A DNA stretch of 35,249 nucleotides. Source: Thermoanaerobaculia bacterium (GTDB lineage: Bacteria > Acidobacteriota > Thermoanaerobaculia > Gp7-AA8). Positions 24,964 through 35,249 of this stretch are shown here, piece by piece; positions within the stretch are counted from its first letter, which is position 1, and every line of letters starts with the position of its first letter. The position numbers and the translations under genes were made by a program. The DNA is taken from contig JBGPFD010000003.1 of the NCBI GenBank assembly GCA_041483175.1, forward strand, positions 1 through 35,249, read 5' to 3'. Below the pieces are notes generated by a model, which had not been told where the DNA came from, did no database searches, and was given only the letters and a program-made list of their open reading frames with translations.

Positions 24964-26136
24964 TCACGAGCGTTGCAGATTCTCGAAGATGGTCGCCGCC
25001 CCCTGCCCGCCGCCGACGCACATGGTAACCATGCCATAGCGCGAACGGCGCCGGCGCATCTCGCCGAGGATCTGCACGGTCAGCTTTGCGCCCGAGGCGC
25101 CGAGCGGGTGCCCGAGCGCGATCGCGCCGCCGTTCACATTGACGCGCTCCTCGTTCATCCCCAGCTCGCGCATCACCGCGAGCGCCTGCGCGGCGAAGGC
25201 TTCGTTCAACTCGATCAGATCGATGTCCTCGAGTTTCAACCCGGCGAGCTTCAGCGCCTTCGGCACCGCGACGAGCGGACCCATGCCCATGATTTCCGGC
25301 GAAACTCCGCCGACGGCGAACGAGACGAAGCGCGCCAGCGGCTGGAGCCGCAACTCCTCCGCGCGACGCCGCGACATCACCACCACCGCCGCCGCGCCGT
25401 CCGAAGTCTGGCTGGAGTTCCCCGCGGTGACCACGCCTTTGGCATGAAAGACGGGACGCAGCTTCGCCAGTGCTTCCAGCGTGGTGTCGGCCCGCGGCCC
25501 CTCATCCTTGTCGAACGTCACGCGCTGCCTCTTGCTGTCGTCGACAATCTCCACCTCGAGCGGCACGATGCCGTCGTCGGCAAACCTTCCCGCTTTCTGC
25601 GCCGCGAGCGCCTTCTGATGACTGCGATAGGAGAAGGCGTCGGCATCCTCGCGCGAGACGTTGTACTTCCGCGCGACGTTCTCCGCCGTCAGCCCCATGC
25701 TGAGGTAGACGCCGGGGCGATGCTCGATCAGATCGGGATTCGGACGGAAGCGCCCATTGCCGCGAACGAGGCTCATCGATTCCGTTCCGCCGGCGATGAT
25801 CTCTTCCGCCATCCCCGCCATGATCCGCTCGGCTGCCAAGGCGATGGTTTGCGATCCCGAGGAACAAAAGCGATTCACGGTCATCGCCGGAACGGAATCG
25901 GGCAGCCCGGCACGCAGCGCGGCGATGCGTGCGACGTTGTTCCCCGATTCGCCCTCGGGCATCGCGCAGCCCATGATCACGTCGTCGATGGCCTCTGGGG
26001 AGAGATTCGCCGTGCGCTTTATCAACGCGGCGATCACTTCCGCGGCCATGTCATCCGGACGCGTCGTGCGCAGCGTGCCGCGCGGCGCTTTTCCGACGGC
26101 GGTGCGCAATCCGGCCACCAGGACCGCTTCGTTCAT
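24964..26136 (-). CDS. Thiolase (acetyl-CoA C-acyltransferase, FadA-like)
   Basis: NRFCSSG; NEAF; GHPLGASG; CVGGG. Start at ATG 26136. Confidence 0.94.
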   Translation of the reverse strand: MNEAVLVAGLRTAVGKAPRGTLRTTRPDDMAAEVIAALIKRTANLSPEAIDDVIMGCAMPEGESGNNVARIAALRAGLPDSVPAMTVNRFCSSGSQTIALAAERIMAGMAEEIIAGGTESMSLVRGNGRFRPNPDLIEHRPGVYLSMGLTAENVARKYNVSREDADAFSYRSHQKALAAQKAGRFADDGIVPLEVEIVDDSKRQRVTFDKDEGPRADTTLEALAKLRPVFHAKGVVTAGNSSQTSDGAAAVVVMSRRRAEELRLQPLARFVSFAVGGVSPEIMGMGPLVAVPKALKLAGLKLEDIDLIELNEAFAAQALAVMRELGMNEERVNVNGGAIALGHPLGASGAKLTVQILGEMRRRRSRYGMVTMCVGGGQGAATIFENLQRS

Positions 26137-26600
26137 GGCTCCTCCGATGTGTCGCGAAAGAGAATGCATGTCGCGGTGCCGTGCGCATAGAGCTTGCCGG
26201 CGGCATCGACGATGCGTCCTTCCGCGGTGGCCGTTCGCGAGCCGGCGTGCACGATGCCCGCGGTACAGGTGAGCGTTCCGGTCTTCCGGGTGATGGCGCG
26301 CGTGAAGTTGATCTTCATTTCCAGCGTGGTGAAGACCTTCCCTGACGGCATCACGGAGTTCACCGCGGATCCGAGCGCCGTGTCGAGAAGTGCGGCGGCG
26401 AATCCGCCGTGGGCGATCCGCAGGCCATTCTCGAAGTCGACCGCCGGCTCCGCCGTGACGACCACGTGTCCTTCCTCGACGCTGGCAATCCGGATGTTGA
26501 GCAGACGGGCCATCGGCGCCGGTTCGATCTCCCCGGCGACGACCTTGCGCATGTACTCCATGCCGCTCATCGTGCGGCGGGCTCCGCCGATCTCGGCCAT
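26133..26600 (-). CDS. PaaI-family hotdog-fold thioesterase
   Basis: N...[14 protein letters not shown]; TLEMKINF; GKLYAHGT. Confidence 0.88.
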   Translation of the reverse strand: MAEIGGARRTMSGMEYMRKVVAGEIEPAPMARLLNIRIASVEEGHVVVTAEPAVDFENGLRIAHGGFAAALLDTALGSAVNSVMPSGKVFTTLEMKINFTRAITRKTGTLTCTAGIVHAGSRTATAEGRIVDAAGKLYAHGTATCILFRDTSEEP

Positions 26601-26601
26601 A

Positions 26602-28938
26602 TCAGTTCCTTAACGGTTTCCCATTCGCCAGCATGAATTGAATCCGCTCGATCGTCTTCGGCTCGTGACAGAGCGCCACGAAGGTTTCGCGTTCACGATC
26701 GAGGAAGAATTGCTCGTCGACCCATTGCCCGCTCGAGAGATCGCCGCCACAAAGAATCGCGGCGAGCTTCGCGCTGAGAAACGCATCGTACTCGCTGATG
26801 TACGCGCCCTGCTGCAGAATGTAGATCCCGGCGCGGAGCGCGGCGCCGACGTCGCGGCCCGCGGCGTAGCAGTTCTTTTCGCGAGCCGGCGGAGCGTAGC
26901 CTTCGGCGGCCAGATCGAGCACCGCCTGCTTCGCCTCGGCGATCAGATGATCGCGACTCATCACCACGCGATCGGCGGCGGTGAGAAAGCCCATCGATCT
27001 TGCCTCCTCGGCGCTGGTCGAGACCTTCGCCGTGCCGATGGTCTGCAGCACGTTCTGCACGAACGGAACAGGATCGGCGTTCGGCGTCTGCTTCATCGCC
27101 GGTGAGACCACCCGGCGGATCAGCTCCTTGCAGCCGCCGGCTGCCGGAACGAGACCGACGCCGAATTCGACCTGCCCCATGTAGGTTTCCGCCGCGGCGG
27201 CGATGCGCGCGGCGGCCATGGCCACTTCCGCTCCGCCGCCGAGCGTGCGGCCGAACGGCGCGGCGACGACCGGCTTGGCCGAGAATCGGACGGCCATCAG
27301 GGCGTCCTGCATGGCTTTCACTCCGCGGTTGAGGGCCTCGCGTCCGTTCGATCCCAGCCCCCCGGCGAGATTCGCGCCGACGCAGAAATCGCCGCCGTCG
27401 TTGCCGATCACCATGCCCGTCCACGTGCCGCGCTCCAGATCCGCGACCGAGTCGACGATCATGGCGCGCACGTCGTCATCCAGCGTGTTCATCTTGGTGT
27501 GGAATTCGAGGCAGAGCACGCGGTCGCCGATGTCGCGCAGACTGGCGCCCTTGTTCTCGCGCACCACCGGTTTGTCCGCAAGCCGGATACCCCTCACCCG
27601 GCCTTCGGCCACCCTCTCCCCGCGTGGCGGGGAGAGGGTCCGCGAAGCGGGGGTGAGGGGCGTCTCCACGCTCTCGTAGAAGCTCTCCTGCCCCCGCGCG
27701 AGCATCTCCGTCACCCACGGCGCGACAATGATGCCGCTCTTCTGCATCGCTTCGGCAGTCCGCCGCACGCCGAGCGCATCCCACAATTCGAATGGCCCCA
27801 TCTCGTGCGAGAAGCCCCAGCGCATCGCGCGGTCGACGTTGACGATGTCGTCGGTGATCTCCGGAATGCGCCGCGCTGCGTACGCGAGCGCGTTGTAGGT
27901 GACATGCCGCGTCAACGCTCCCGCCTTGTCGTCCTGCTGCAGTACGAAAGCGAGCCGCTCCGGCAGCGACTTGATTTTCATCGCCGCGGCGATCGACGGA
28001 ATCTCCGGTTCGCGCCGCGGGCGGTACTCGCCGGTCTCGAGGTCGAGCGTCTGGATCGAGTTGCCTTCTTTCTTGTAGAAACCCTGGCCGCTCTTGTCGC
28101 CGAGCCGCCCCCGCTCCATCTGCTTCTTCCGCAGTTGTTCAATGTGCGGCGAGCGGAGGACTTCGCGCGATTCGTCGCCCTCGATCAGGCCGTAGAGATT
28201 CGCCGCGACGGACGCGGCGACGTCGAGTCCGACGAGGTCCTGCAGCCGGAACGCGGCAGTTTTCGGACGGCCGATCAAAGGCCCGGCGATGGCATCGGTT
28301 TCCTCGATGGTGTAGCCGTTGGCGAGGACGAAATCGAGCAGCGTCGCGCCGGAGATCGACCCGAGACGATTGGCGATGAAGTTCGGCGTGTCCTTGCACA
28401 TGACGACGCCCTTGCCCAGTCGCACCTCCGCGAACTCTCGCACGAACGCGGTGATCTCCGGCTTCGTCTCCTTCGTGGGAATGACTTCCAGGAGCTTCAT
28501 GTAGCGCGGCGGATTGAAGAAATGCGTGCCGAGGAAATGCGACTTGAAATCGGGCGAGGCTTCGGCGGCGATCTTGGCGATCGGCAGGCCGGAGGTATTG
28601 CTGGAGACGATGCTGTCCGGTCTGCGCAGGCGATCGATCCGCGCAACGAGCGCGCGCTTGGCCGCGAGATCTTCAATGATCGCCTCGACGATCCAGTCGC
28701 CCTCACTGATCCACGCCTCATGCTCGTCCAGACTGCCGATGGTGACGAGATTTGCGGTCTCCGGCGTGAAGAACGCCGGGGGCTTCGCTTTCTTCATGCG
28801 CTCGAAGGAGGCGGCGACGATCTGTTGTGAAATATCGAGCAGAGAGACAGGAACGCCGGCGTTGGCGAAATGCGCGGCGATGCCGCCGCCCATGGTCCCC
28901 GATCCGATGACCACCACCCGGCGGATCGAGCGCGTCAT
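26602..28938 (-). CDS. 3-hydroxyacyl-CoA dehydrogenase / enoyl-CoA hydratase fusion (FadN-like)
   Basis: GSGTMGGG; SNTSG; HFFNPP.YM.LLE; C-terminal crotonase domain (FCVGANL, LGGGAE); ends GKPLRN. Confidence 0.93.
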   Translation of the reverse strand: MTRSIRRVVVIGSGTMGGGIAAHFANAGVPVSLLDISQQIVAASFERMKKAKPPAFFTPETANLVTIGSLDEHEAWISEGDWIVEAIIEDLAAKRALVARIDRLRRPDSIVSSNTSGLPIAKIAAEASPDFKSHFLGTHFFNPPRYMKLLEVIPTKETKPEITAFVREFAEVRLGKGVVMCKDTPNFIANRLGSISGATLLDFVLANGYTIEETDAIAGPLIGRPKTAAFRLQDLVGLDVAASVAANLYGLIEGDESREVLRSPHIEQLRKKQMERGRLGDKSGQGFYKKEGNSIQTLDLETGEYRPRREPEIPSIAAAMKIKSLPERLAFVLQQDDKAGALTRHVTYNALAYAARRIPEITDDIVNVDRAMRWGFSHEMGPFELWDALGVRRTAEAMQKSGIIVAPWVTEMLARGQESFYESVETPLTPASRTLSPPRGERVAEGRVRGIRLADKPVVRENKGASLRDIGDRVLCLEFHTKMNTLDDDVRAMIVDSVADLERGTWTGMVIGNDGGDFCVGANLAGGLGSNGREALNRGVKAMQDALMAVRFSAKPVVAAPFGRTLGGGAEVAMAAARIAAAAETYMGQVEFGVGLVPAAGGCKELIRRVVSPAMKQTPNADPVPFVQNVLQTIGTAKVSTSAEEARSMGFLTAADRVVMSRDHLIAEAKQAVLDLAAEGYAPPAREKNCYAAGRDVGAALRAGIYILQQGAYISEYDAFLSAKLAAILCGGDLSSGQWVDEQFFLDRERETFVALCHEPKTIERIQFMLANGKPLRN
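27590..27660. repeat. Family B palindromic element lying in-frame inside the FadN-like gene
   Basis: 10-bp outer IR CCCCTCACCC/GGGTGAGGGG and 13-bp inner IR ACCCTCTCCCCGC-GTG-GCGGGGAGAGGGT. Confidence 0.88.
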
Positions 28939-30602
28939 ACCTTCTCCACCGCCGCTGCCTCTTCGCGCAAGGCGCGGCGCAGGACCTTCCCGACGGCGCT
29001 CTTCGGCAGGGAATCGCGGATTTCGATCTCTTTCGGCCGCTTGAATTCCGCAAGGTTCGCGGCGCAGTGAGCCTCGAGCTCGCCCGACGGCACCCTGCTC
29101 CCCGGTTTCAGGATCACGAACGCTTTCACAACCTCTCCGTAATACGCGTGCGGAACTCCGATCACTGCGGCCTCCATCACCGCAGGATGTGCGAAGAGCA
29201 CCGTCTCGACTTCGGACGGATAAACGTTGAAGCCCGAGACGATGACCATGTCCTTCTTGCGCTGCACGATGTACGTGGATCCGTCCTCGTCCATCCGCGC
29301 GACGTCGCCGGTGTAAAGCCAGAGACGGCCGTCCGCATCCTTGCGCAGTGCGATCTCGGTTTCCTTGTCTCTGTTCCAGTAGCCCTTCATCACCTGCGGC
29401 CCGGCGATGCAGAGCTCTCCGTCAGTTCCGAGCGGAACTTCCGTCGTTCCCGATTCGAGATCGACGATTTTGATATCGGTGTCCGGCAGCGGAATCCCGA
29501 TGCTCCCCGGCTTGCGGCGCGAGAGCGACGGCGTGGTGTGGGTCACCGGAGAGGCTTCCGACAATCCGTAGCCTTCGTTGAGCGTACCGCCGGTCACCCT
29601 CTCGAACTGATCGATGACTTCGACCGGCAACGGCGCGGAGCCGCTGTTGAAACCGCGGACCTTGTCGATGCCGTACTCCTTCGCCTTCGGATGATTGAGG
29701 ATCGAAACGTAGATCGTGGGCACCGCCGGAAAGTACGTCGGCCGGTAGTCGCGAATGGCCGTGAGTAGCGCGTCGACGTCGTACTTCGGAATCAGAATCT
29801 GCAGCCCGCCCTGCCATGCGACCGACATCAGACCGACGGTGAATCCGTAAATGTGAAAGTACGGGATGACCAGCAGCGTACGCTCTTCGCCTCGGCGTTG
29901 ATCCGGATGATGAAGGACCGTCGTCTGAATGACGTTCGCGAAGATGTTGTAGTGCGTCAGCATCGCCCCTTTGGGCACGCCGGTGGTTCCCCCGGTGTAC
30001 TGCAGGACGGCGACGTCGTTCTGGGGATCGATCGACACGCGCGGCAGATCGGGCTGGCTGACGCCCGCCAGAATGTCGCTCAGGCGCTGCGTCCCTTTGA
30101 CCGCGGGACACTGCGCGCCCGCGGCGCTGTATTCGGCAAGCGAAGTGATGACCACCGTTTCGATCGATGTCCGATCCCGCACCGCGAGCGCGGCGGGAGC
30201 GAGGAGGTCGAGCACGATGAGAAGGCGCATCCCAGAATCGTGTGCCACCACGGCGATCTCTCGCGGCGTGTAGAGCGGATTGATATTGACTACGATCGCG
30301 CCGATGCGAAGGATGGCGAACGCCGCGAAGACGTATTGCGGACAGTTCGGCAGCATCATGCCAACGCGATCGCCCTTGACGATTCCCATCCGCGCCAATG
30401 CGGTGGCCAGGCGGTCGCTGCGCTCCTTGACCTCCGCCCAGGTGAGCTGCGCGCCGAGGAACGCCGTCGCCGGACGGTCGGGCACGTCGGCAGCGGCGAG
30501 GCGGAGAATGTCGCCCAGCGGCCGGCGCGGATAGTTCATGTGCGGCTGCACCCAGTAGTCGTAATGATCGATCCAGGGCCTGGCCGCGTAAGGAGAAGTC
30601 AC
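28935..30602 (-). CDS. Long-chain fatty acid-CoA ligase (FadD-like)
   Basis: [11 protein letters not shown]; EGYGLSE; GPQVMKGYW; TGD; SGFNVYP.EVE; PKSAVGK. Confidence 0.94.
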   Translation of the reverse strand: MTSPYAARPWIDHYDYWVQPHMNYPRRPLGDILRLAAADVPDRPATAFLGAQLTWAEVKERSDRLATALARMGIVKGDRVGMMLPNCPQYVFAAFAILRIGAIVVNINPLYTPREIAVVAHDSGMRLLIVLDLLAPAALAVRDRTSIETVVITSLAEYSAAGAQCPAVKGTQRLSDILAGVSQPDLPRVSIDPQNDVAVLQYTGGTTGVPKGAMLTHYNIFANVIQTTVLHHPDQRRGEERTLLVIPYFHIYGFTVGLMSVAWQGGLQILIPKYDVDALLTAIRDYRPTYFPAVPTIYVSILNHPKAKEYGIDKVRGFNSGSAPLPVEVIDQFERVTGGTLNEGYGLSEASPVTHTTPSLSRRKPGSIGIPLPDTDIKIVDLESGTTEVPLGTDGELCIAGPQVMKGYWNRDKETEIALRKDADGRLWLYTGDVARMDEDGSTYIVQRKKDMVIVSGFNVYPSEVETVLFAHPAVMEAAVIGVPHAYYGEVVKAFVILKPGSRVPSGELEAHCAANLAEFKRPKEIEIRDSLPKSAVGKVLRRALREEAAAVEKV

Positions 30603-30631
30603 TGCGTCCTCCGGTTAGAAATGTCAGCACG

Positions 30632-30764
30632 CCCCTCATCCGGTCCTTCGCTCCGCTGAGGACCACCTTCTCCCCGCTGTCGCGGGGCGAAGGACCTCCC
30701 GCAACGCGAGTTCCCTCGCCCCCGCAACGCGGGGAGAGAGTGCCGCGAAGCGGCGGGTGAGGGG
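30632..30764. repeat. Family B palindromic element, head-to-head pair
   Basis: CCCCTCATCCG..CCACCTTCTCCCCGC..GCGGGGCGAAGG and CCCTCGCCCCCGC..GCGGGGAGAG..GGGTGAGGGG. Confidence 0.85.
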
Positions 30765-30789
30765 TCTTTCGCGCGCGACATGAGATTCT

Positions 30790-31566
30790 CTAAACGATCG
30801 TGGCCCCGCCGTCGACGGCGATGACCTGTCCGGTGATGTAACTCGAGGCGTCCGAGGCGAGAAAGACAGCTACCCCCTTCAGCTCTCCCACCTCGCCGAC
30901 CCGTGGGATGGGATTGCGGGCCTTGATCGACGGCTCGACAAAGCCGATTGCCGGGTCGGCAAGGCGCGAGTGAAAGAATCCCGGCGCGATGGCATTGACG
31001 CGAATGCCGTGCGGCCCCCACGACGCGGCCAGCTCCCGCGTCAATCCCATCAACCCCGCTTTGCTGGCGGCGTACCCCGCGTAATGCGGACCGTGGACGG
31101 ACGATCGTATGCCCGCCACCGAAGCGACATTGAGGATCACGCCACGTCCAGCCTTCAACATTTCGCGTCCCGCCGCCTGCGCGAAAAGAAACGCTCCGGT
31201 GAGATTCGTCTCCAGAACGCGGCGCCACTGGTCGAGCGGCATTTCCTCCGCCGGCGCTCCCCAGGAGATGCCCGCGTTGTTGATCAGAATGTCGATTTGT
31301 CCGTACGCCACCATCGTTCCGATAACGACCTCTCCGACCTGCCTCTCATCGGCGACGTCACAGACGCGCCCCTCCACGCGAAACCGGCGCTTCCGCAGCG
31401 CATCGACCGCCGGCGCGAGCCACTGCTCGCGGCGCGCGCAGATCATCAGCGAGGCTCCCGCTTCGGCGAGGCCTTCGGCGATCTCCAGGCCCAGGCCGCG
31501 CGAGCCACCGGTAACGATGGCCGCGCGGCCGGAGAGATCGAAAAGCTGCTGGAGCGCCTTCGTCAA
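30790..31566 (-). CDS. Short-chain dehydrogenase/reductase
   Basis: TGGSRGLG; NNAG; YAASK; NAIAPG; SYITGQ..VDGG. Likely TTG start at 31566, right after the receptor stop. Confidence 0.9.
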   Translation of the reverse strand: MTKALQQLFDLSGRAAIVTGGSRGLGLEIAEGLAEAGASLMICARREQWLAPAVDALRKRRFRVEGRVCDVADERQVGEVVIGTMVAYGQIDILINNAGISWGAPAEEMPLDQWRRVLETNLTGAFLFAQAAGREMLKAGRGVILNVASVAGIRSSVHGPHYAGYAASKAGLMGLTRELAASWGPHGIRVNAIAPGFFHSRLADPAIGFVEPSIKARNPIPRVGEVGELKGVAVFLASDASSYITGQVIAVDGGATIV

Positions 31567-31567
31567 A

Positions 31568-34558
31568 TCAGAAACTGACTTTCGCTGCGAGCTGGAGCTG
31601 CCGCCCGGGAAGTGCCGCGGTGTACGTTCCGTAAGTGACGCGACCCTGCGCGTCCTTCTGCGGCTGCGCGGGGAACGCGCCCGTTCCAAAAATGTTGTTG
31701 ATGTCAGTGTAGTTGACTCGATTGGTCAGATTGAAGACGTCGATCACCGCTTCGATCGCCCGCCCGCCGCCGAAGTTGAAGCTCTTGCTCAGTCGCGCGT
31801 CGATGTTGAACTGGCTCTTCATCCTCTCGCTGTTGCGGCGAACCGCGGTCGACGGATCGCTTGGGTTGGTGCGGGCGCGATCCGACGGGAACGCGCCGCC
31901 ATCACCGTCGCCATTGAGATCGACGCCGGCGAGCGGCGTGTACGGCCGGCCGGATGCCGTCGTAAAAATCGTCGAGAACTGGATCTGCCAGGGGAACTGA
32001 TAGAGCCCGCTGAGCACGAAACGGTCGCGCTGATCCTGCGTGGCCATTCCGCGCTCCGCGCTCGAGTCGAACCCGATCGGGAGGCCCGTCCGATTGTTCG
32101 GATCGCGTCCCAGTCCGTTGCTCTGCGGGATGAACGCGCTCTGAAAGTCGGTCGAGTTGTCCTCCGCTTTCGATCGCGTGTACGCCAGGAGGAACTGCAG
32201 ATTGTTCGAGAAGTGCTTGTTCAGCGACAGCGTCAAACCCTTGTACCAGGTCTCGCCAAACGATGTGTATTGGAGAATCGAGGCGGACGTTCCGGCGGCA
32301 CCATTGATGTCGTTCGGGCGCCGTCCTGCACCGAGGGCCGGGACGATCGGGTTGTAATCAATGGTTCCGAGCTGGTGGATACCGTGGACGTAGAGGACAT
32401 CCGCAGCGATGGACATGGTCTGCCCGAGCGCGCGGTCATAGCCCACAGCGGCCTGCTGGGCCGAGGGCGTCTTCATTCCCGGATCGGGAGAGATGACCAG
32501 GCTCGGATACGGCGTGGTCGGTTCCGGGAACTTGTGGCCCGGTGCTCTCCAGGCGCCGATCGAGCCCGGAATACGGAGCACCAGCGTGCGCAAGGTGCGC
32601 CCGTCGACGCCGTCGCCGATCTGCGCGGCGGCGAGAATCTGGTTGTCGTAGAAAATGCCCCATGCCGCGTGCAGCGAGGAGCGGCCGTCGCCCTGCGGAT
32701 CGTAGGCCATCGACAGCCGCGGGCCGACGTTGTTGTTGTCCTGCGGGATCTGGTAGGTGTACGTGCCGCCGCCCGGCATCGAGACCGTGTACTGACGGTT
32801 GTACATCCACTGCCGCTGATAGCGAAGGCCCATCTTGAGCACCAGCTTCCGTGAAATGCTCCAGTCGTCCTGCACGAAGAGAGCGATGTCGGGATCGTTG
32901 TACGAGTTGCCGGACGTTCCATAGCCCTGCACGTACGCCGCGGGCAGGCCGGCGGCAAATGCCTGCAGAGCAGAGATGGGCTGCGCAATCCCGAGGGCCG
33001 GAATGGCGGGAAGCGCGGCGAAGATGTAGCGGCCGCCCATATGAAGCGGCAGGGCCGAGAATCCCGTGCTCACGTCGTTGAAATCGAAGCCCGCCTTCAT
33101 CGAGTGATTGCCGGTGAAAGAACTGATCGAATCCTTCAACTGATAGCGCCGGTTCTTTCTCGGCTGCGGCGTGAATCGCTGCCTGCCCACGCTGGCGACG
33201 CCGATGATCTCCACCGTCGGACCGCCTTTGAAGTTGTCATTGCACGGCCCGCCGCAATTCGGATCGAGCGACTCGATCATCTGATTCTCATAGGCGTACT
33301 GGCCGCGGAGTTCGTTGATGACGCGCTGCGATAACGAATCGGTTTCCGATGCCGCCAGCGCCCAGTCCCTCCGGTTTTGCACCGCGCCGCGGCTCTTCGA
33401 CACTTGCCCGCCAAAGGGCTCGATATCTTCGTTGATCAGGCTCGCGTAGTTCGCGCGGAGGGTCAGATTGTGTGCCGGCGCAAACTGATGGTCGACCTTC
33501 GTGAGGTAGGCCTTCGACTTCACGTCATACGGTACGTTGCCCAGCTCGACTGGAAATCCGTTCCTGTTCAAAAGATCGGCGGCCGCCGGATCGATGGTCA
33601 CGAAGTTGCTGGTATTCGTCGACAGATTCTCGGCCGAAAGGAAATAGAAGGTCTGATCGTGCTTGATCGGACCTCCGAGCGTGAAGCCGTACTGGTTCTG
33701 GCGGAACGGCGCCTTCTGCTGATCGATGTGGTTGCTGAACACGTCGAATTGCTCGAAGCGCCCCTTGGAGTTCAGGTGATCGTTCCGGAAGAACTCGAAG
33801 ACATCGCCTCGCATCTCATTCGTTCCCGAGCGGGTGATGATGTTGACGATGCCGCCCGTGGCCTTCCCGAACTCCGCGGAATACGAATTCGTCAGCACCT
33901 GGAATTCCTGGATCGCTTCCTGGCTGAACGTGGCGCGCACCGCGCCGACGATCGGATCGTTGTTGTCGACGCCGTCGACCATAATGTTGTTGGAACGGGC
34001 ACGCTGACCGCCGAAGGTAAGCCCCGAGGTCGCCGACGCTCCCTGTTGCGGCGTCCGATCGGTGGTCACGCCCGGCGTGATCACGCTGAAACTGAGGAAA
34101 TTGCGGCCGTTCGTCGGAAGCGCGTCGATCTGCTCCTGTCCCACGACCGTGGAAACCGAGGTCTGCGTCGGATCGACGACCGGAGCTCTCGCGCTGACGA
34201 TGATCTCCTCGGCTGCGCCGGCGCGCAACCTGAAGTTCATCTCCGCGAGTTGTCCGATCACCAGCCGGACGCCTTTGCGCTGCTGCAGCGCGAAACCGGC
34301 CAGCGCCGCCCCGATCGTGTACCTGCCCGGCTGCAGCGCGCCGATGTAGTACCGGCCTTCTTTGTCGGTGACCGCCGTGCGGGCCTGATTCGTGGCCATA
34401 TTGGTGGCCGTCACCGTGACACCGGGCAGGACAGCCCCCGATTCGTCCTGAATGGTGCCCGAGATGTCCGCTGCCGTGGCGCGCGCCTGGGCGAAGAGCG
34501 CGACGGGTGCTGCAGTGAGAAAAATCGCGACCAGAAGAACGCGGATCGGTTTCGCCAT
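31568..34558 (-). CDS. TonB-dependent receptor with N-terminal carboxypeptidase-regulatory-like domain (Oar type)
   Basis: Signal peptide; GTIQDESGAVLPG; LPTNGRNF; EAIQEFQV.TNSYSAEFG; FVQDDW; C-terminal Phe. Confidence 0.93.
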   Translation of the reverse strand: MAKPIRVLLVAIFLTAAPVALFAQARATAADISGTIQDESGAVLPGVTVTATNMATNQARTAVTDKEGRYYIGALQPGRYTIGAALAGFALQQRKGVRLVIGQLAEMNFRLRAGAAEEIIVSARAPVVDPTQTSVSTVVGQEQIDALPTNGRNFLSFSVITPGVTTDRTPQQGASATSGLTFGGQRARSNNIMVDGVDNNDPIVGAVRATFSQEAIQEFQVLTNSYSAEFGKATGGIVNIITRSGTNEMRGDVFEFFRNDHLNSKGRFEQFDVFSNHIDQQKAPFRQNQYGFTLGGPIKHDQTFYFLSAENLSTNTSNFVTIDPAAADLLNRNGFPVELGNVPYDVKSKAYLTKVDHQFAPAHNLTLRANYASLINEDIEPFGGQVSKSRGAVQNRRDWALAASETDSLSQRVINELRGQYAYENQMIESLDPNCGGPCNDNFKGGPTVEIIGVASVGRQRFTPQPRKNRRYQLKDSISSFTGNHSMKAGFDFNDVSTGFSALPLHMGGRYIFAALPAIPALGIAQPISALQAFAAGLPAAYVQGYGTSGNSYNDPDIALFVQDDWSISRKLVLKMGLRYQRQWMYNRQYTVSMPGGGTYTYQIPQDNNNVGPRLSMAYDPQGDGRSSLHAAWGIFYDNQILAAAQIGDGVDGRTLRTLVLRIPGSIGAWRAPGHKFPEPTTPYPSLVISPDPGMKTPSAQQAAVGYDRALGQTMSIAADVLYVHGIHQLGTIDYNPIVPALGAGRRPNDINGAAGTSASILQYTSFGETWYKGLTLSLNKHFSNNLQFLLAYTRSKAEDNSTDFQSAFIPQSNGLGRDPNNRTGLPIGFDSSAERGMATQDQRDRFVLSGLYQFPWQIQFSTIFTTASGRPYTPLAGVDLNGDGDGGAFPSDRARTNPSDPSTAVRRNSERMKSQFNIDARLSKSFNFGGGRAIEAVIDVFNLTNRVNYTDINNIFGTGAFPAQPQKDAQGRVTYGTYTAALPGRQLQLAAKVSF

Positions 34559-34587
34559 CTTGTGCCTCCTTTAAATTGTCATTGCCT

Positions 34588-35249
34588 TCAAAGGACAGCG
34601 GCAGCGGCCGGCTCTTTGCCACGCCGATCCGCTGTTCGCTGCGATTCATCGACGACCAGGGATGCGATGCGTTCCCGATGGAACGAGGAGTCTCCGAAAA
34701 GAGTTTCCGACGATTTGGCCCGCTTGTAGTAAAGCTGCAGGTCGTGCTCCCAGGTGAAGCCAATGCCGCCGTGCACCTGGATGCCGCGGTTGCCGACTTC
34801 GCGATACGCGTCTGAGCAGTACGACTTGGCGATGGACACAGCCAGCGCCGCGCCGGGATCGTTTTCCGTCAGCGCCCACGCGGCGTAATACGTCGCCGAT
34901 CGCGCGCTCTCGGTCAGCAGCAGCATGTCGGCGCACTGATGCTGCACGGCCTGAAACGAACCGATGGGACGGCCGAACTGCTGCCGCGTTTTCGCGTATT
35001 CGACCGTCGTTTCGAGGATCCACTGCATTCCCCCGACCATCTCCGCGCAGAGCGCGACCGTGGCGATATCGATGGCCGCTCCAACGGCGTCCGCACCGCC
35101 AGGAAACGCGTCGCCGGCAATATGCTCGAACGCCACCCGATACAGTTTGCGCGTTTCATCCATGGAGCGCATTCGCTCGATGGTGAGGCCACCTGCACGG
35201 CGGTCCACCGGCACGACGACGAGTTCTTCGCCCGATCGCGCAACACACA
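34588..35249 (-). CDS. Acyl-CoA dehydrogenase family protein, 5' end outside the window
   Basis: YAKTRQQFGRPIGSFQAVQH; QVHGGIGFTWEHDLQLYYKRA. Confidence 0.88.
   Translation of the reverse strand, partial: CVARSGEELVVVPVDRRAGGLTIERMRSMDETRKLYRVAFEHIAGDAFPGGADAVGAAIDIATVALCAEMVGGMQWILETTVEYAKTRQQFGRPIGSFQAVQHQCADMLLLTESARSATYYAAWALTENDPGAALAVSIAKSYCSDAYREVGNRGIQVHGGIGFTWEHDLQLYYKRAKSSETLFGDSSFHRERIASLVVDESQRTADRRGKEPAAAAVL

Overview
High-GC bacterial DNA, probably Acidobacteriota (inferred from the Oar-type TonB-dependent receptor and the palindromic repeats). It has three parts. (1) 1-3460: two exported metallopeptidases (M48, and an M20 with atypical metal ligands). (2) About 3500-18200: a dense anti-phage defence island with no visible integrase. 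It holds an orphan helix-hairpin-helix + PD-(D/E)xK nuclease, a HigB toxin with an HTH-IrrE antitoxin, a CapP/CapH-type regulator pair divergent from a complete type III CBASS (cap6-cap8-cap7-cdnD-nucC), and a convergent type I R-M system (hsdR-hsdM-hsdS) with a RelE-type TA pair between hsdR and hsdM. (3) About 18200-35249: a tightly coupled minus-strand fatty-acyl-CoA catabolic operon with a TonB receptor and an MFS transporter. Its APH kinase, IYDG-type acyl-CoA dehydrogenase, SDR and CoA ligase resemble the Lva/ACAD10-11 4-hydroxy/4-oxo-acid route. Two families of short palindromic repeats occur, and one copy lies in-frame in the FadN-like gene. All calls come from motif recognition only; no searches were run.
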